Below are positions 19,933 through 30,939 of a stretch of 64,000 bases of DNA, piece after piece (position 1 is the first letter of the stretch; each line of letters opens with the position of its first letter). The position numbers were made by a program, and so were the translations under genes. The stretch is from an uncultured Flavobacteriales bacterium (lineage in GTDB: Bacteria > Bacteroidota > Bacteroidia > Flavobacteriales_D > Crocinitomicaceae): positions 3,960-67,959 of the forward strand of contig CAJXCU010000004.1 in assembly GCA_913051935.1 (NCBI GenBank). Direction: 5' to 3'. Below the pieces are notes generated by a model. That model saw only the letters and a program-made list of their open reading frames with translations, did not search any database and was not told where the DNA came from.

Positions 19933-22900
19933 ATTGAACGACCTCTGTCTCGTTATATAGAACCTCAAGTTTTTGATATGCTTCTCTAATATCCGCAATA
20001 GGTTCGACAATTAATCGCAATCGATTTTGTTTCTGTAAAAGTCTATATCCCTTGCCTTGGTTTGTTATTTCTTTCAATATTTCTGTAAATAGTGCTGATT
20101 CATAGAATGGTGAATTGGGGTCGGAAATAAAGGAGCAAACCATTTTTTCAGATTTAATAACAAGTCGTTCAAGGCCAATTTTTTTCGCCATCCATCTGAG
20201 TTCAAAGGAAAAGAACAATTCCCTAACCTGATCGGGTATTGGACCAAATCGATCGATCATCCTCTCTTCAAAGGCATTCAGCCCAACGAGGTTTTCAATA
20301 TTGTCTAGCTCTTGATAAAGACTTAAGCGCTCGGCTACGTCATTAACATAGTTGTCAGGTATCCGAACTTCATAGTCTGTCTCAAATACGCACTCAGAGG
20401 CATAAGTCGTGAGTTGGTCGCTATTTCGCTCACTGAAGAGCTCTTTAAACTCTTTTTCCCTAAGTTCTTTCATGGCCTCATTTAGGATTTTTTGATACAT
20501 CTCAAAGCCAATCTCGGAGATAAATCCACTTTGTTCGCCTCCAAGCATATTTCCAGCACCCCTAATATCTAAATCTTTCATTGCAATATTAAAACCTGAA
20601 CCCAAGTCTGAGAATTGGACCAATGCCTCGAGTCTTTTTCGAGCCTCAGAGGTCAGAATTGTTGTTTTCGGTGCAATGAGATAACAGAACCCTTTTTTAT
20701 TACTTCGGCCTACTCTTCCTCTTAGCTGATGTAGGTCGCTTAATCCAAAATTTTGCGCATCATTAATAATGATTGTATTGGCATTGGAAATATCTATTCC
20801 AGATTCTATAATTGTCGTTGCAATTAATACATCATATTTCCCTTCTATGAAGTCCATCATGTTTTTTTCCAATACCTTTCCATCCATTTGGCCGTGTCCA
20901 ACACCTACTTTTACACCAGGGCATAAACGTTGAATCATTCCTGCAATTTCTTTAATGTTGGCAATGCGGTTGTTCACAAAGAAAACCTGTCCACCCCGCG
21001 AAACTTCATATGATATCGTATCTCTGAGCATTTCTTCATTAAAGGTTATGATTTCTGTGAGCACTGGCTGTCTGTTGGGTGGAGGGGTGTTTATTATACT
21101 TAAGTCTCGGGCGCCCATTAGAGAGAATTGCAGTGTTCTTGGTATTGGAGTCGCTGTAAGTGTTAGTGTATCTACAGTTGTTCTTAACGTTTTTAGTTTG
21201 TCCTTCACGGAGACACCAAATTTTTGTTCTTCATCGATGATCATTAACCCCAAATCTTTGAATTGAATTCTATTTGAGACGATGGCATGCGTACCAATTA
21301 AGATGTCAATTTCTCCTTTTTTGAGCTTTTGAATCGTTTCTGTCGTTTGTTTTGCGCTTTTAAATCGATTGATGTAATCAATGTTACACGGAAACTCCTT
21401 CAGTCTATCTTTAAAGCTTCGGAAGTGCTGTAAAGAAAGGATGGTTGTTGGCACTAAAACTGCTACTTGCTTGCTATCTGCAACTGCCTTAAATGCTGCT
21501 CGAATCGCTATTTCTGTTTTTCCGAATCCAACATCACCACATATCAATCGATCCATGGGAGTCTTCGACTCCATATCTTTTTTCACATCTTGAGTCGCCT
21601 TGTATTGGTCGGGTGTATCCTCATACATAAAGGATGCCTCTAGCTCATTTTGAAGGTAGGTATCTGGTGTAAATGCAAAACCAGGTTGACTTCTCCTTCT
21701 CGCATAAAGTTGAATAAGGTCAAAGGCGAGTTCTTTTATTTTTTTCTTTGTCTTGTTTTTAAGAGTACTCCATGTTTGTGTCCCGAGCTTATTCATTTTG
21801 GGAACAGAACCATCCTTACCAGTGAATTTAGAAATCCTGTGTAGAGAGTGAATCCCAACATAAAGGACATCACCCTCCTTATAGATGAGTCTTATTGTTT
21901 CTTGTGGTTTTCCGTTAACATCGATGGTTTCAAGTCCAGAAAATTGCCCCACACCATGGTCAATGTGTGTTACGTAGTCTCCCTTTTGAAGATTGTATAT
22001 CTCTTTAAGAGTGAGTGCCTGTTTGGCTTGTCGAAAACCTTCTTTTAATCTAAACCTATGGTATCTCTCAAAAATCTGATGGTCCGTATAGCAAACCATC
22101 TTCGAATCTTTACAAATGAAGCCTTCATGTAATGCTGAATTCATGGACGTAAATTCTACAGAAGCTCCGATATCTTCAAAAATCTGATAAAGGCGCTCGA
22201 TTTGTTTAGGTTGATTTGAAAACAGGAAATTGGTGTACTTTTTTTTCTGATGTTCTGTAAGGTCCTGCTTTAAAAGGTCAAAGTTTTTATTAAAACTAGG
22301 CTGCGGGGATAAAGAAAATTCTATCTTTTTGCTCCCTTTGTAAAAGGGATTATTATTGTATTCTACGAGTGTTGTTAATTCAAATATCTCACCACATTCT
22401 TTTTCATTCAAAAATAACTGCTCTGGTTTACTGAGTTTTTCCTTATTCTCTATTTCATTATAGATGTGTTGTGCTTTATCAAATTCAAGTTGAATGCGAG
22501 CTAATGTTCTTTCCACAGAGTCTAGCCAAAGCGCTTTTTCACCCCTGAGGTATTTAAAGAATGAATCCATTCCTTTTACGAGAAGTTCTCCTTGAATATT
22601 AGGTACAATCGTAAAGAATGAATGACTGCTTATGGAAAGTTGACTCGCTGCATCAAATGTTCGAATTGATTCGACTTCATTTCCAAAGAACTCTATACGG
22701 TATGGTGTATCGGAGGCAAAAGAAAAGACATCTACAATTCCTCCTCTTATAGAATATTGCCCTGGCTCATATACATAGTTAACTTGCTCAAAATTATATT
22801 CAAGTAAAAGTTCGTTAATGAATTCAATAGAGTAGGTTTTGTCAACCTCTATTTTCATCGTATTTGATTTCAGCTTTTTGACCGATAGCACCTTTTCAAA

Positions 22901-23284
22901 TAAAGCTTCGGGATAGGTGACAATCCAGCAGTTTTTTTGTGTGCTGAGCTTTTTTAGAGCTTCTGTTCTTGCGACCACGCTGGCATTGTCTGTATCCTCG
23001 ATTTGATAAGGTGTCTTATAAGAGGCAGGATAGAACACCAATCGTTTATCATCCGGATAAATCCCCTGTAAATCATTTAGAAAGTAGGCAGCATCCTCTT
23101 TGTTGTCTAGAACGAATACATGATGTCCAGGACATTGACTAGCAACCGCGGCTGTGTAGACCGATTTAGCGGAACCAACGAGTCCTGCCCAATGTATTTT
23201 GTTCTCAAGATTTTCAAAAATTCGCAAGGTCTCTATTACCTTGGGGTGTTCTTGTGAACTATTTTTAAAGCTTTTAAGGTTCAT
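19919..23284 (-). CDS. mfd: Transcription-repair coupling factor
   Basis: 1121 aa. UvrB-homology N-terminus, CarD/RID-like block (GDYVTHIDHGVGQF), SF2 helicase motifs (GDVGFGKTE, DEEQKFG, TATPIPRT, QLRGRVGRS) and a TRCF C-terminal domain. Confidence 0.95.
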   Translation of the reverse strand: MNLKSFKNSSQEHPKVIETLRIFENLENKIHWAGLVGSAKSVYTAAVASQCPGHHVFVLDNKEDAAYFLNDLQGIYPDDKRLVFYPASYKTPYQIEDTDNASVVARTEALKKLSTQKNCWIVTYPEALFEKVLSVKKLKSNTMKIEVDKTYSIEFINELLLEYNFEQVNYVYEPGQYSIRGGIVDVFSFASDTPYRIEFFGNEVESIRTFDAASQLSISSHSFFTIVPNIQGELLVKGMDSFFKYLRGEKALWLDSVERTLARIQLEFDKAQHIYNEIENKEKLSKPEQLFLNEKECGEIFELTTLVEYNNNPFYKGSKKIEFSLSPQPSFNKNFDLLKQDLTEHQKKKYTNFLFSNQPKQIERLYQIFEDIGASVEFTSMNSALHEGFICKDSKMVCYTDHQIFERYHRFRLKEGFRQAKQALTLKEIYNLQKGDYVTHIDHGVGQFSGLETIDVNGKPQETIRLIYKEGDVLYVGIHSLHRISKFTGKDGSVPKMNKLGTQTWSTLKNKTKKKIKELAFDLIQLYARRRSQPGFAFTPDTYLQNELEASFMYEDTPDQYKATQDVKKDMESKTPMDRLICGDVGFGKTEIAIRAAFKAVADSKQVAVLVPTTILSLQHFRSFKDRLKEFPCNIDYINRFKSAKQTTETIQKLKKGEIDILIGTHAIVSNRIQFKDLGLMIIDEEQKFGVSVKDKLKTLRTTVDTLTLTATPIPRTLQFSLMGARDLSIINTPPPNRQPVLTEIITFNEEMLRDTISYEVSRGGQVFFVNNRIANIKEIAGMIQRLCPGVKVGVGHGQMDGKVLEKNMMDFIEGKYDVLIATTIIESGIDISNANTIIINDAQNFGLSDLHQLRGRVGRSNKKGFCYLIAPKTTILTSEARKRLEALVQFSDLGSGFNIAMKDLDIRGAGNMLGGEQSGFISEIGFEMYQKILNEAMKELREKEFKELFSERNSDQLTTYASECVFETDYEVRIPDNYVNDVAERLSLYQELDNIENLVGLNAFEERMIDRFGPIPDQVRELFFSFELRWMAKKIGLERLVIKSEKMVCSFISDPNSPFYESALFTEILKEITNQGKGYRLLQKQNRLRLIVEPIADIREAYQKLEVLYNETEVVQSTDK

Positions 23285-23285
23285 G

Positions 23286-24272
23286 TTAGTTCAAAAAACT
23301 CATTGCTTTTTCAACCATATTTTTTGAGCCAATGAAAAGTGGCGCGCGTTCGTGAAGTGCTTTGGGCTCAATTTCTAAGATGCGTTTTCTTCCTGTTGTA
23401 GCCAGTCCTCCTGCTTGTTCTGCAAGAAAAGCCAATGGATTACACTCATATAATAATCTTAGTCTGCCTTTAGGGGCTGCTGGGACATTTGGATAAATAT
23501 AAATTCCGCCTTTAATCAAGCTTCTATGAAAATCGGCAACCAATGAACCAATATAACGGCCTGAATACGGTCCATTAAAATCATTGTCTTTACTTTGACA
23601 AAAAGAGATGTATGCTGCAACACCAGGTTCACATTCTTTTATATTCCCCTCATTCATAGAATAAAGCCTACTTGATTCAGGCATTTTCATATTGCTATGT
23701 GAAAGGATAAATTTTCCGCATGATGGATCTAGTGTAAAGCCCTGAACGCCTTCACCCCAGCTCAATACGAGCATTGTTGATGTGCCATAAAGGACATATC
23801 CTGCCACGGTCTGTTTGATACCTGCTTGAAGCATATCTTCTAGGGTTGCAGATTGACCATATGGTGAAGTTCTTTTATAGATTGAAAAGATTGTTCCAAC
23901 AGATACATTAACGTCTATATTACTTGAGCCGTCAAGTGGATCAAATAAAACGACATAGGAGGCTGAGTTTGCCTTTTCGGTATCAAAAGCAACATGGGAC
24001 TCATTTTCTTCAGATCCTATACCCGCGACAGACCCGCAATTCTCGAATGCATTGATGAATGCGATATCCGCTATGACGTCAAGTTTTTGTTGTTCTTCTC
24101 CTTGAACATTTTGTCCACCTTGGGCACCCAAAACACCATCTATTAGTGCTGCTTTTTGCAAATCGTTGCTTACCTTGACAGCTGCATTTGTTATTGATTC
24201 AAGCACGGGCCACAGAGCTTGATCAAGACCTTTTATCGATTGTGCTTTCGCAAAATAATCATGAAAGGTCAT
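23286..24272 (-). CDS. fbp: Fructose-1,6-bisphosphatase class 1
   Basis: FDPLDGSSNID metal-binding motif, GRYIGSLVADFHR, GGIYIYP, LRLLYECNPLAFLAEQAGG. Confidence 0.9.
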   Translation of the reverse strand: MTFHDYFAKAQSIKGLDQALWPVLESITNAAVKVSNDLQKAALIDGVLGAQGGQNVQGEEQQKLDVIADIAFINAFENCGSVAGIGSEENESHVAFDTEKANSASYVVLFDPLDGSSNIDVNVSVGTIFSIYKRTSPYGQSATLEDMLQAGIKQTVAGYVLYGTSTMLVLSWGEGVQGFTLDPSCGKFILSHSNMKMPESSRLYSMNEGNIKECEPGVAAYISFCQSKDNDFNGPYSGRYIGSLVADFHRSLIKGGIYIYPNVPAAPKGRLRLLYECNPLAFLAEQAGGLATTGRKRILEIEPKALHERAPLFIGSKNMVEKAMSFLN

Positions 24273-24324
24273 GTCTTAATATATGTTTTTTGAATGGTAA
24301 CGTTAGTTTATTTTTAAAGACGTT

Positions 24325-25155
24325 TTAGCTGAACATGATGCTTTGTCCGTAACCTTCTTTATATACCGGGTTTACGATTAGCGCAGGGATTAAAGCATCA
24401 TTTGTAATGATATATTGCTCATAGTTTGAGGTAATCGCATTCAAAAAATTACTTTTGTTCAGGTTCATAATGGCAATTAAATCCGCATCTACAGAGACCG
24501 CGTATTTTACGACCTCTTTATCAAATCCAGATCTAGAAATCAAGGTATGCTTCATATCTACCTCTCTGTCCTTGAAAAATCTTTTGGCAAATACGATGTT
24601 TGATTTAACCTGATGCTTCAAGAAATCATCTGTTTCATCTGGAATCACAACATGAACTTGTGATCCAAAATATTTGGCAAGTCTTGAAACAATTGTTAAT
24701 TTTTGCTTTGTTTCTTTATTTAGATCCATGGGTACTACAATTGAATCATAACCTGTCGGTTTGACCAGCTTTTCTTGCACAATAATGAACGGAACTGAAG
24801 AGTTGGTGACCACTTTTAGTGCATGACTCCCCGTTACATGCTGCCAACCGTGGGCCCCATGCGTTCCCATAAAAATAAGCTTTGCTTCATGCTCTGCGGC
24901 AAAGTCTCCAATGTCTTCAAAAATACTTCCAATCCTGACGTTTGGAAAAAGATCCACTTCATGAGATTTGAACTTCTCAACAATTTCTTCTAGTTTAATA
25001 TTCGCTTCGTGGATTTGATTTTGTTTTGCCACTACATGAAGTAACTGAACTTCCGCATCTAGAGGTTTTGCAGTTGCAATAGCATGTTCAAGAGCAATAT
25101 CTGCTACTTTTGTAAAGTCATGCGGTACAATAAATGTTTTTTTACTCATGGCCAA
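24325..25155 (-). CDS. Universal stress protein, tandem Usp domains
   Basis: 276 aa with two UspA-like halves (ILHVV..., GTHGAHG..., second half DLIAIMNL...). Confidence 0.7.
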   Translation of the reverse strand: MAMSKKTFIVPHDFTKVADIALEHAIATAKPLDAEVQLLHVVAKQNQIHEANIKLEEIVEKFKSHEVDLFPNVRIGSIFEDIGDFAAEHEAKLIFMGTHGAHGWQHVTGSHALKVVTNSSVPFIIVQEKLVKPTGYDSIVVPMDLNKETKQKLTIVSRLAKYFGSQVHVVIPDETDDFLKHQVKSNIVFAKRFFKDREVDMKHTLISRSGFDKEVVKYAVSVDADLIAIMNLNKSNFLNAITSNYEQYIITNDALIPALIVNPVYKEGYGQSIMFS

Positions 25156-25245
25156 ATTTTGGTGTAAAGTTAAGATAAAGTAATGAAAAAAATATCGTTT
25201 TCGTATCTTTATTTTTGATTAGTAATCCCTAAATATCCTCAGTTT

Positions 25246-26763
25246 ATGCCTTTAATAGGTAGGTTTTTAAAGCAGACAACAGCCCTTAGTTATCGCAAGA
25301 ACGCAAAGAAAACTCAAGGTTACAAAGAGCAAGTAAAAGTACTCCAGTATTTGTTGTCAAAATCAAAGACTACAAAGTTTGGCTTGGCGCACAATTTTAG
25401 CGGTATTTTGGATGAAGATATTGTATATGCTTATCAGCGCGAGGTCCCAATCATGGATTATGACTCCTTTTATAATAAGTGGTTAAGGTACAGTATATTA
25501 GGAGAAAAGGACAATACTTGGAGAGGAAGAATTAAATATTACGCATTGTCCTCAGGAACAACGGGCTCACCGAGTAAAAGGATACCAGTTACTTCCGCGA
25601 TGATTCGTTCTTTTCAGAAATCAAGCTTACGTCAGCTTAGTATTTTACATAGCCTAGACCTTCCTCAGTCATTTTACAGTACCACCGTGTTAACTGTTGG
25701 CGGTTCTACGAAACTCACCTATAAAGAAACACATGTTGAAGGTGATTTAAGTGGCATACTGAAAAAACATACTTCTTTTGTCGCAACGCCTTTTACAAAA
25801 CCTGGTGCTCGGATTAGTGGTGTGAAGGATTGGAATAAAAAACTTGACCTCATGGTTGAAAAAGCGCCAAAATGGGATATTGGAATTATTGCCGGTATTC
25901 CAAGCTGGTGTATCATGTTGTTAGAAAGAATTATTGAGCGACATAAATTAGCTTCAATTCATGACATATGGCCTAATTTGTATGTATATGTGCATGGCGG
26001 TGTATTCATGGATCCCTATGTGAAGAGATTGAATCAATTAGTAAATCGAGAAGTTGATTTATTGGATACCTATTTGGCCAGCGAGGGTTATTTTGCGTAC
26101 CAAGAGGACCCCACCAAAAAGGGGATGAAATTACTCTTAAATAATGGTATTTTCTTCGAATTTGTTCCTTTTACAACTGACAATTTCGATGAACACGGCA
26201 CGATAAAGGCATCGGCATCCGCATACACGATTGAGCAGGTCCAAGAGGGTGTGGATTATGCCTTGGTAATTTCTACAAATGCAGGTCTTTGGAGATACCT
26301 TATAGGTGACCTAGTAAGGTTTACAAATGCGGAAGAGAATGAACTGGTTATTTCAGGAAGAATTCGTCAATTTTTAAGTCTCTGTGGTGAACATTTGTCT
26401 TTAGAAAATATCAATGAGGCTTTATTGCAGACGAGCTCAAGTTTTAATGTGGACTTTTCTGAGTTCACAATTTATGCAGATAGTGAGAAGCAATGTCATT
26501 GTTGGTATTTAGGTACTAAGCAAAATATTGATGACCCAGAGGCATTAATTACATTCCTAGATAATACGTTGAGAGAAGCTAATGATGACTACGATTCTGC
26601 AAGGAAGTATAGCTTGAAGGCACCTGAAATGAAAATCATCTTACCCTCTGTTTTTTACAGTTACATGGCCAAAGAAAAAAAGTTGGGGTCTCAAAATAAA
26701 ATGCCCAGGGTATTGAATAAAAAGCAGTCTAAAACCTGGCTTGACTTTATCAACGCATTCTAG
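25246..26763 (+). CDS. GH3 (auxin-responsive promoter) family adenylate-forming enzyme homologue
   Basis: YALSSGTTGSPSKRIPVT (the GH3/ANL P-loop-like SSGTT motif). About 505 aa. YLASEG and GLWRYLIGDLV blocks typical of bacterial GH3 family proteins. Confidence 0.7.
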   Translation: MPLIGRFLKQTTALSYRKNAKKTQGYKEQVKVLQYLLSKSKTTKFGLAHNFSGILDEDIVYAYQREVPIMDYDSFYNKWLRYSILGEKDNTWRGRIKYYALSSGTTGSPSKRIPVTSAMIRSFQKSSLRQLSILHSLDLPQSFYSTTVLTVGGSTKLTYKETHVEGDLSGILKKHTSFVATPFTKPGARISGVKDWNKKLDLMVEKAPKWDIGIIAGIPSWCIMLLERIIERHKLASIHDIWPNLYVYVHGGVFMDPYVKRLNQLVNREVDLLDTYLASEGYFAYQEDPTKKGMKLLLNNGIFFEFVPFTTDNFDEHGTIKASASAYTIEQVQEGVDYALVISTNAGLWRYLIGDLVRFTNAEENELVISGRIRQFLSLCGEHLSLENINEALLQTSSSFNVDFSEFTIYADSEKQCHCWYLGTKQNIDDPEALITFLDNTLREANDDYDSARKYSLKAPEMKIILPSVFYSYMAKEKKLGSQNKMPRVLNKKQSKTWLDFINAF

Positions 26764-27772
26764 AGCTTGAAAAAATCGATTTTTTGCCAAAGTTAAATTT
26801 CAGGCTTACCTCTATTGACTGCCTGTACATTGACGCAATTTTTCCTAGCTCATAGTCATAAGATACACCAAGTGTAACACCCCCGATATCTATAAAAAAG
26901 CAGGGGATGATTGCGCCTGTACTTCTAAAATAAGATCCAATTACGAAGTATTGGTCACTCACAAAAGAAGTGACACGTGATGCTGATTTCATTTTAAGTC
27001 GGTAAAACAACCCTCCAATCGTTTCGAAGTATTTCGATTGAATAAATTGAGCTGCGCTAAATTCTATATTTGATTCGGGAGACAACCCGTATCTCATGTT
27101 GGCGTGGATGCACATTTTGATTGGTAATTTGTCATCCACAAGCGAATTGTACCTTAGGGTAGGGCGATTTAAATGTTGTATGGAAAAACCTCCTTGGAAG
27201 CTTAAGTCACTTGCTGATAGTGTATTTTCATTGTCTTTGTTGTAGCTGTATGCCACACCTACGCCTGCATCTAGGTGAGAAAAGGAGTTTACACCATTTA
27301 CCTCATTTGGGTCGATGTTTGGATCGAATTGAGTACCGTCCCACTGGTTAAAAAAAGTAAGTCTTGAAAAATCAGCGGAGCGACTAGAATAACCGACTTG
27401 AATACCGGCCGAAATGGAATGTGCTTTTGATAGCGGCAGAACTCCACTTGCTGTTATTCCTCCGGTTCGAATGCTGAATTTCGAGTCGCCTCCAACATCA
27501 TTGACGAAGTATACCCCCAACCCTGAGTAGGCACTTGTTCTTCGTGCCTGTTTGCCGATAGAGAATTCCATCATGCCCATGCTTGTCATAAATTGGGTTC
27601 CTGCACCAAGCCACTGGTTTCTATGCTGAAGCGAGATGCGTTCAAATCCGGAGAATGTTGAGGTAGTCGCGGGATTAATCATAGCCATAGATTGATCAAT
27701 CTGGGAGTAGTGGAAGTCTTGTGAAAAACCACATACTGGAATCATAAGAAACGCCAATATTAAAATCCTCAT
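26750..27772 (-). CDS. PorP/SprF family type IX secretion system membrane protein
   Basis: Signal peptide followed by QDFHYSQIDQSMAMINPA (PorP/SprF N-terminal signature). Beta-barrel-like sequence of 340 aa. Lies immediately downstream of a type-B CTD cargo gene. Confidence 0.8.
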   Translation of the reverse strand: MRILILAFLMIPVCGFSQDFHYSQIDQSMAMINPATTSTFSGFERISLQHRNQWLGAGTQFMTSMGMMEFSIGKQARRTSAYSGLGVYFVNDVGGDSKFSIRTGGITASGVLPLSKAHSISAGIQVGYSSRSADFSRLTFFNQWDGTQFDPNIDPNEVNGVNSFSHLDAGVGVAYSYNKDNENTLSASDLSFQGGFSIQHLNRPTLRYNSLVDDKLPIKMCIHANMRYGLSPESNIEFSAAQFIQSKYFETIGGLFYRLKMKSASRVTSFVSDQYFVIGSYFRSTGAIIPCFFIDIGGVTLGVSYDYELGKIASMYRQSIEVSLKFNFGKKSIFSSSRMR

Positions 27773-27773
27773 C

Positions 27774-30700
27774 TTATCGAATTAGTGTTATGTTACCGGA
27801 AAGTGTTTCTGAAGAGCCGTCAGTGTACTTCACTTTCATGATGTATGGGTATACACCCGAATTACAATCTGTGCCTTTGAACTTACCATCCCATCCAAAC
27901 CCTTTGTTATCAGATTCAAACATTATTTTCCCCCATCTATTGAAAATTTGAAATTGAAAAGATTTAACGTTTTGTCCAGTTATAATTTGGAATGTATTAT
28001 TTTCTTCGGGGCCAATACCATTAGGCGAGAAGCCATTAGGTATGTGTACGCCATCCGCGCAGTCCGGGTCATTATTTTCAGGATCACATGGGTCCAGGGG
28101 GTCTGTTCCGTTATTGAACTCTGCACCATCTGATAGTCCATCTCCATCCGTATCTGGGTTATTGACATCAGTTCCAATTACCTCCTCTTGTGCATCCGTA
28201 ATGCCATCCCCGTCCGTATCGATATTACAAAGTGGGAGTGAGTCGTCTGGATCACATGGGTCAAGAGGGTCAGATCCACTTGAGGATTCTTCTCCATCAC
28301 TAAAGCCATCGTCATCGGTGTCCGGGTTCATAGGGTCTGTTCCAATTGTAATTTCCTCATCATTCGTCAAACCATCATTGTCTTGGTCACAGTTGCCAGC
28401 GGATAGGTTTGGAATACATGGGTCTTCATTGGCAGGATCCTCTTCATCACTTACACCATCTCCGTCTTGGTCATTTATGCTGGACTCTATTGCGTCAATA
28501 ATTCCGTCACCGTCCGTATCTGTCGGATTTGTCGGATCACCGATTTCAACAAAGTCATTTTCTCCATCACCATCTGAATCGGGATTTTCGGGGTTTGTTC
28601 CGATTTCTCCCTCAATGACGTCTGTCAATCCATCTCCATCCGTATCTAGAGTCGGGTCATCGATAATGAAAAATGCGACTATATCCTCAGGCGCATTAAT
28701 AGTAATGCTATTCGTATCTTCTGTAATTGCTGCGCTCAACGGTCCCGTTGTATATTCCCAGTGGTCAAATATATATCCGGGAGCAGCTTTGGCTTTGAGA
28801 TAGGTTTCAATACCACCGAAATATTCTGTTGTCCAGGGGTAGCTGGGTGCCCAAACGGAATTCACTTTTATTTCACCACTTTCAGCAGGTGATACATTAA
28901 ATGTTGTTACATGGGGACCATTCAAATCGTAGCAGTCGATAAGTCCAGTTTCAAGGGCCTCGCATCTTAGCGTTATAAATTCTCGTAGGTCTTCGACATT
29001 ATTTTGCCATTCACTCATAGAACCGCCCCATCTCGCAATTTGACCAGTCATTTCAGGTGTTATTTTTAGAATCATACTATCCAAGAGATAGAGCATGGAG
29101 TCACATGAAAAGTAGGTATTTACCAAATCGATATACCGCGTGACATAATACTGTTCAACAATCGGATTTTCAGCAATTAATTTCTCCAATATATCTGTAT
29201 GCCCTTGCCCTCCGGGATTGGGTAAGTTTTCTGCATTACATGGATCCGCATTTGCCGAAACATCGGGGATACCCGTATAATTGACATAATGGCCGAACGT
29301 GGCGTCCATATCCCATAAGACATAACGCCATTTCTTTTTGTCTCCCTCAGGATCTAATCCACGCCACCAAGCCGTATTCCAATTTAGCCAGTCCATATTT
29401 ACGACATATGAATTGAACATAAAGTAATCACACAAGGACTTCCAGTTTAATTTACTATCCACGTAGTCGAAATCTGCACCTGCCGACATATTATTGTTGT
29501 CAATAAAATTTCTCAAATTATCCCAGTTCGGTTGCGCATTTGGCGCACCGTAATCTTGCCATGTTCCACCCCAAGTTTTTAGGTACTCGATATTATATTT
29601 GTCTTGGTCATAATAATGGTCTGTGTAGTCACTGTCGTCTGCTTTTTCTCGAATTTCATATACCCCCCAGTACTCACCATTGACGTATAGTAAGCATGAT
29701 CTTGAGGTCCGCTCATCTAATCGCATTCCCGACCAGATGGATAATGTGTGTATAAACGCATCTCTAATATGAGCGCCACCATTTTCGAAAGGGTAATTGT
29801 CACTTGCTGCAGGTTTAAGGATTAGTCGTTGAAAGTCATTTCTATCTTTCTCGGGAAAAATTTGATGATCGAGATCTCCATTATAGCCATATTGGTCTCG
29901 CATAATAAAGTCAAAACCTCTTTGCGGATAGGCCCATGAGTCATTTCCATGCTCATTAAAATCTCCCTCACCCTCATCAATGAACGTACCATCTTCTTCA
30001 AAAAGTTCAAGAGAACCGATCGGTTCAAATTGCGTCCCACCAAGCAGTTCATAGACACCTTCACTAGCAATAGAAACGATGGGTAAGTCGTGGGATTCAT
30101 TTATAAAGTAGGTGTTGCTTTCGTTGAATGAAGGCAATTCTGCACTAAATGCAGCAGCTCGTAATACAGATGTTGAATTAATCGTAACCGGTCCTGAATA
30201 TAATGTTGAACTCGAGGTCGGATCAGAACCATCTGTAGTATATCTGATTTGTGCAGCAGCATCAGGGCAGGTTATGGTAACATTAATAGCACCTGGATAA
30301 AAACCAGCCTCAATGTCAAACGTTGGTTTTGGTGTGTAAAAGTTCTGAGCTCCGGTATTTTGACCGTTTGGGCTTGGGCTTGTAAATAGTTTGAAGTCAG
30401 GGGCCCCATCTGTTTCTCTTCCTACCGAATGGTTTGCTTGCGTTTGATGTACAATTTTGAAAGAATCCACAACATTTCCAAAAGGATTGGATAGAATAAC
30501 CCAATCACCTTCCGTTTGTGAAAGTTTAAAATTTGTATGTAATTCTCCCCCTTGGTCAATATCTCGGCCTGTACAAAAGATTAGTTTATGATCGTTTGCA
30601 TTCACATTACTTGTTGGAAAGGTCCATTTTAGGGGATTACCTGATCTATCGGAAAGATACCAACCCGTTAAATCTACATTGGCTGCTGTGGTGTTATATA

Positions 30701-30836
30701 ATTCAATCCAGTCCTCTTTATCGCCGAAGGCATCATTAATCCCGTCAATGTTAGAAGCGGAATATTCATTAATTAAAATCTGACTGTTTAAAAATGAATA
30801 AGTAAGTATTGCGGAAAGAAATAAGGCGAATTTCAT
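27774..30836 (-). CDS. Secreted multidomain protein: lamin-tail domain + CotH kinase-family domain + thrombospondin type-3-like Ca-binding repeats + type-B T9SS CTD
   Basis: N-terminus [10 protein letters not shown]...WIELYN (LTD). CotH-like core ([12 protein letters not shown]..., [18 protein letters not shown]). Many DxDxDGxxDxxE repeats. C-terminus IPNGFSPNG...[11 protein letters not shown]...GVYPYIMKV. Confidence 0.75.
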   Translation of the reverse strand: MKFALFLSAILTYSFLNSQILINEYSASNIDGINDAFGDKEDWIELYNTTAANVDLTGWYLSDRSGNPLKWTFPTSNVNANDHKLIFCTGRDIDQGGELHTNFKLSQTEGDWVILSNPFGNVVDSFKIVHQTQANHSVGRETDGAPDFKLFTSPSPNGQNTGAQNFYTPKPTFDIEAGFYPGAINVTITCPDAAAQIRYTTDGSDPTSSSTLYSGPVTINSTSVLRAAAFSAELPSFNESNTYFINESHDLPIVSIASEGVYELLGGTQFEPIGSLELFEEDGTFIDEGEGDFNEHGNDSWAYPQRGFDFIMRDQYGYNGDLDHQIFPEKDRNDFQRLILKPAASDNYPFENGGAHIRDAFIHTLSIWSGMRLDERTSRSCLLYVNGEYWGVYEIREKADDSDYTDHYYDQDKYNIEYLKTWGGTWQDYGAPNAQPNWDNLRNFIDNNNMSAGADFDYVDSKLNWKSLCDYFMFNSYVVNMDWLNWNTAWWRGLDPEGDKKKWRYVLWDMDATFGHYVNYTGIPDVSANADPCNAENLPNPGGQGHTDILEKLIAENPIVEQYYVTRYIDLVNTYFSCDSMLYLLDSMILKITPEMTGQIARWGGSMSEWQNNVEDLREFITLRCEALETGLIDCYDLNGPHVTTFNVSPAESGEIKVNSVWAPSYPWTTEYFGGIETYLKAKAAPGYIFDHWEYTTGPLSAAITEDTNSITINAPEDIVAFFIIDDPTLDTDGDGLTDVIEGEIGTNPENPDSDGDGENDFVEIGDPTNPTDTDGDGIIDAIESSINDQDGDGVSDEEDPANEDPCIPNLSAGNCDQDNDGLTNDEEITIGTDPMNPDTDDDGFSDGEESSSGSDPLDPCDPDDSLPLCNIDTDGDGITDAQEEVIGTDVNNPDTDGDGLSDGAEFNNGTDPLDPCDPENNDPDCADGVHIPNGFSPNGIGPEENNTFQIITGQNVKSFQFQIFNRWGKIMFESDNKGFGWDGKFKGTDCNSGVYPYIMKVKYTDGSSETLSGNITLIR
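28080..28670 (-). repeat. Array of Asp-rich thrombospondin type-3-like calcium-binding repeats (locally GC-rich)
   Basis: Repeated DTDGDGLTD / DSDGDGEND / DTDGDGIID / DQDGDGVSD / DQDNDGLTN / DTDDDGFSD / DTDGDGITD / DTDGDGLSD. Approximate boundaries. Confidence 0.8.
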
Positions 30837-30939
30837 ATTGATGTTCGTTTAGTATTATCTCAGGTTTAAAATATTATTTACACAATTATGACGACGGTTT
30901 GTCGTTTGAGTTGTATTATTGTCTAAACTTTTCCTGGTG

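Noticed and set aside
28042-28803. 253-aa Ser/Pro-rich ORF on the plus strand
   Set aside because: It is antisense to the Asp-rich TSP3 repeat array of the CotH cargo gene (GAT/GAC antisense gives ATC/GTC and Ser-rich frames). It is a composition artefact.
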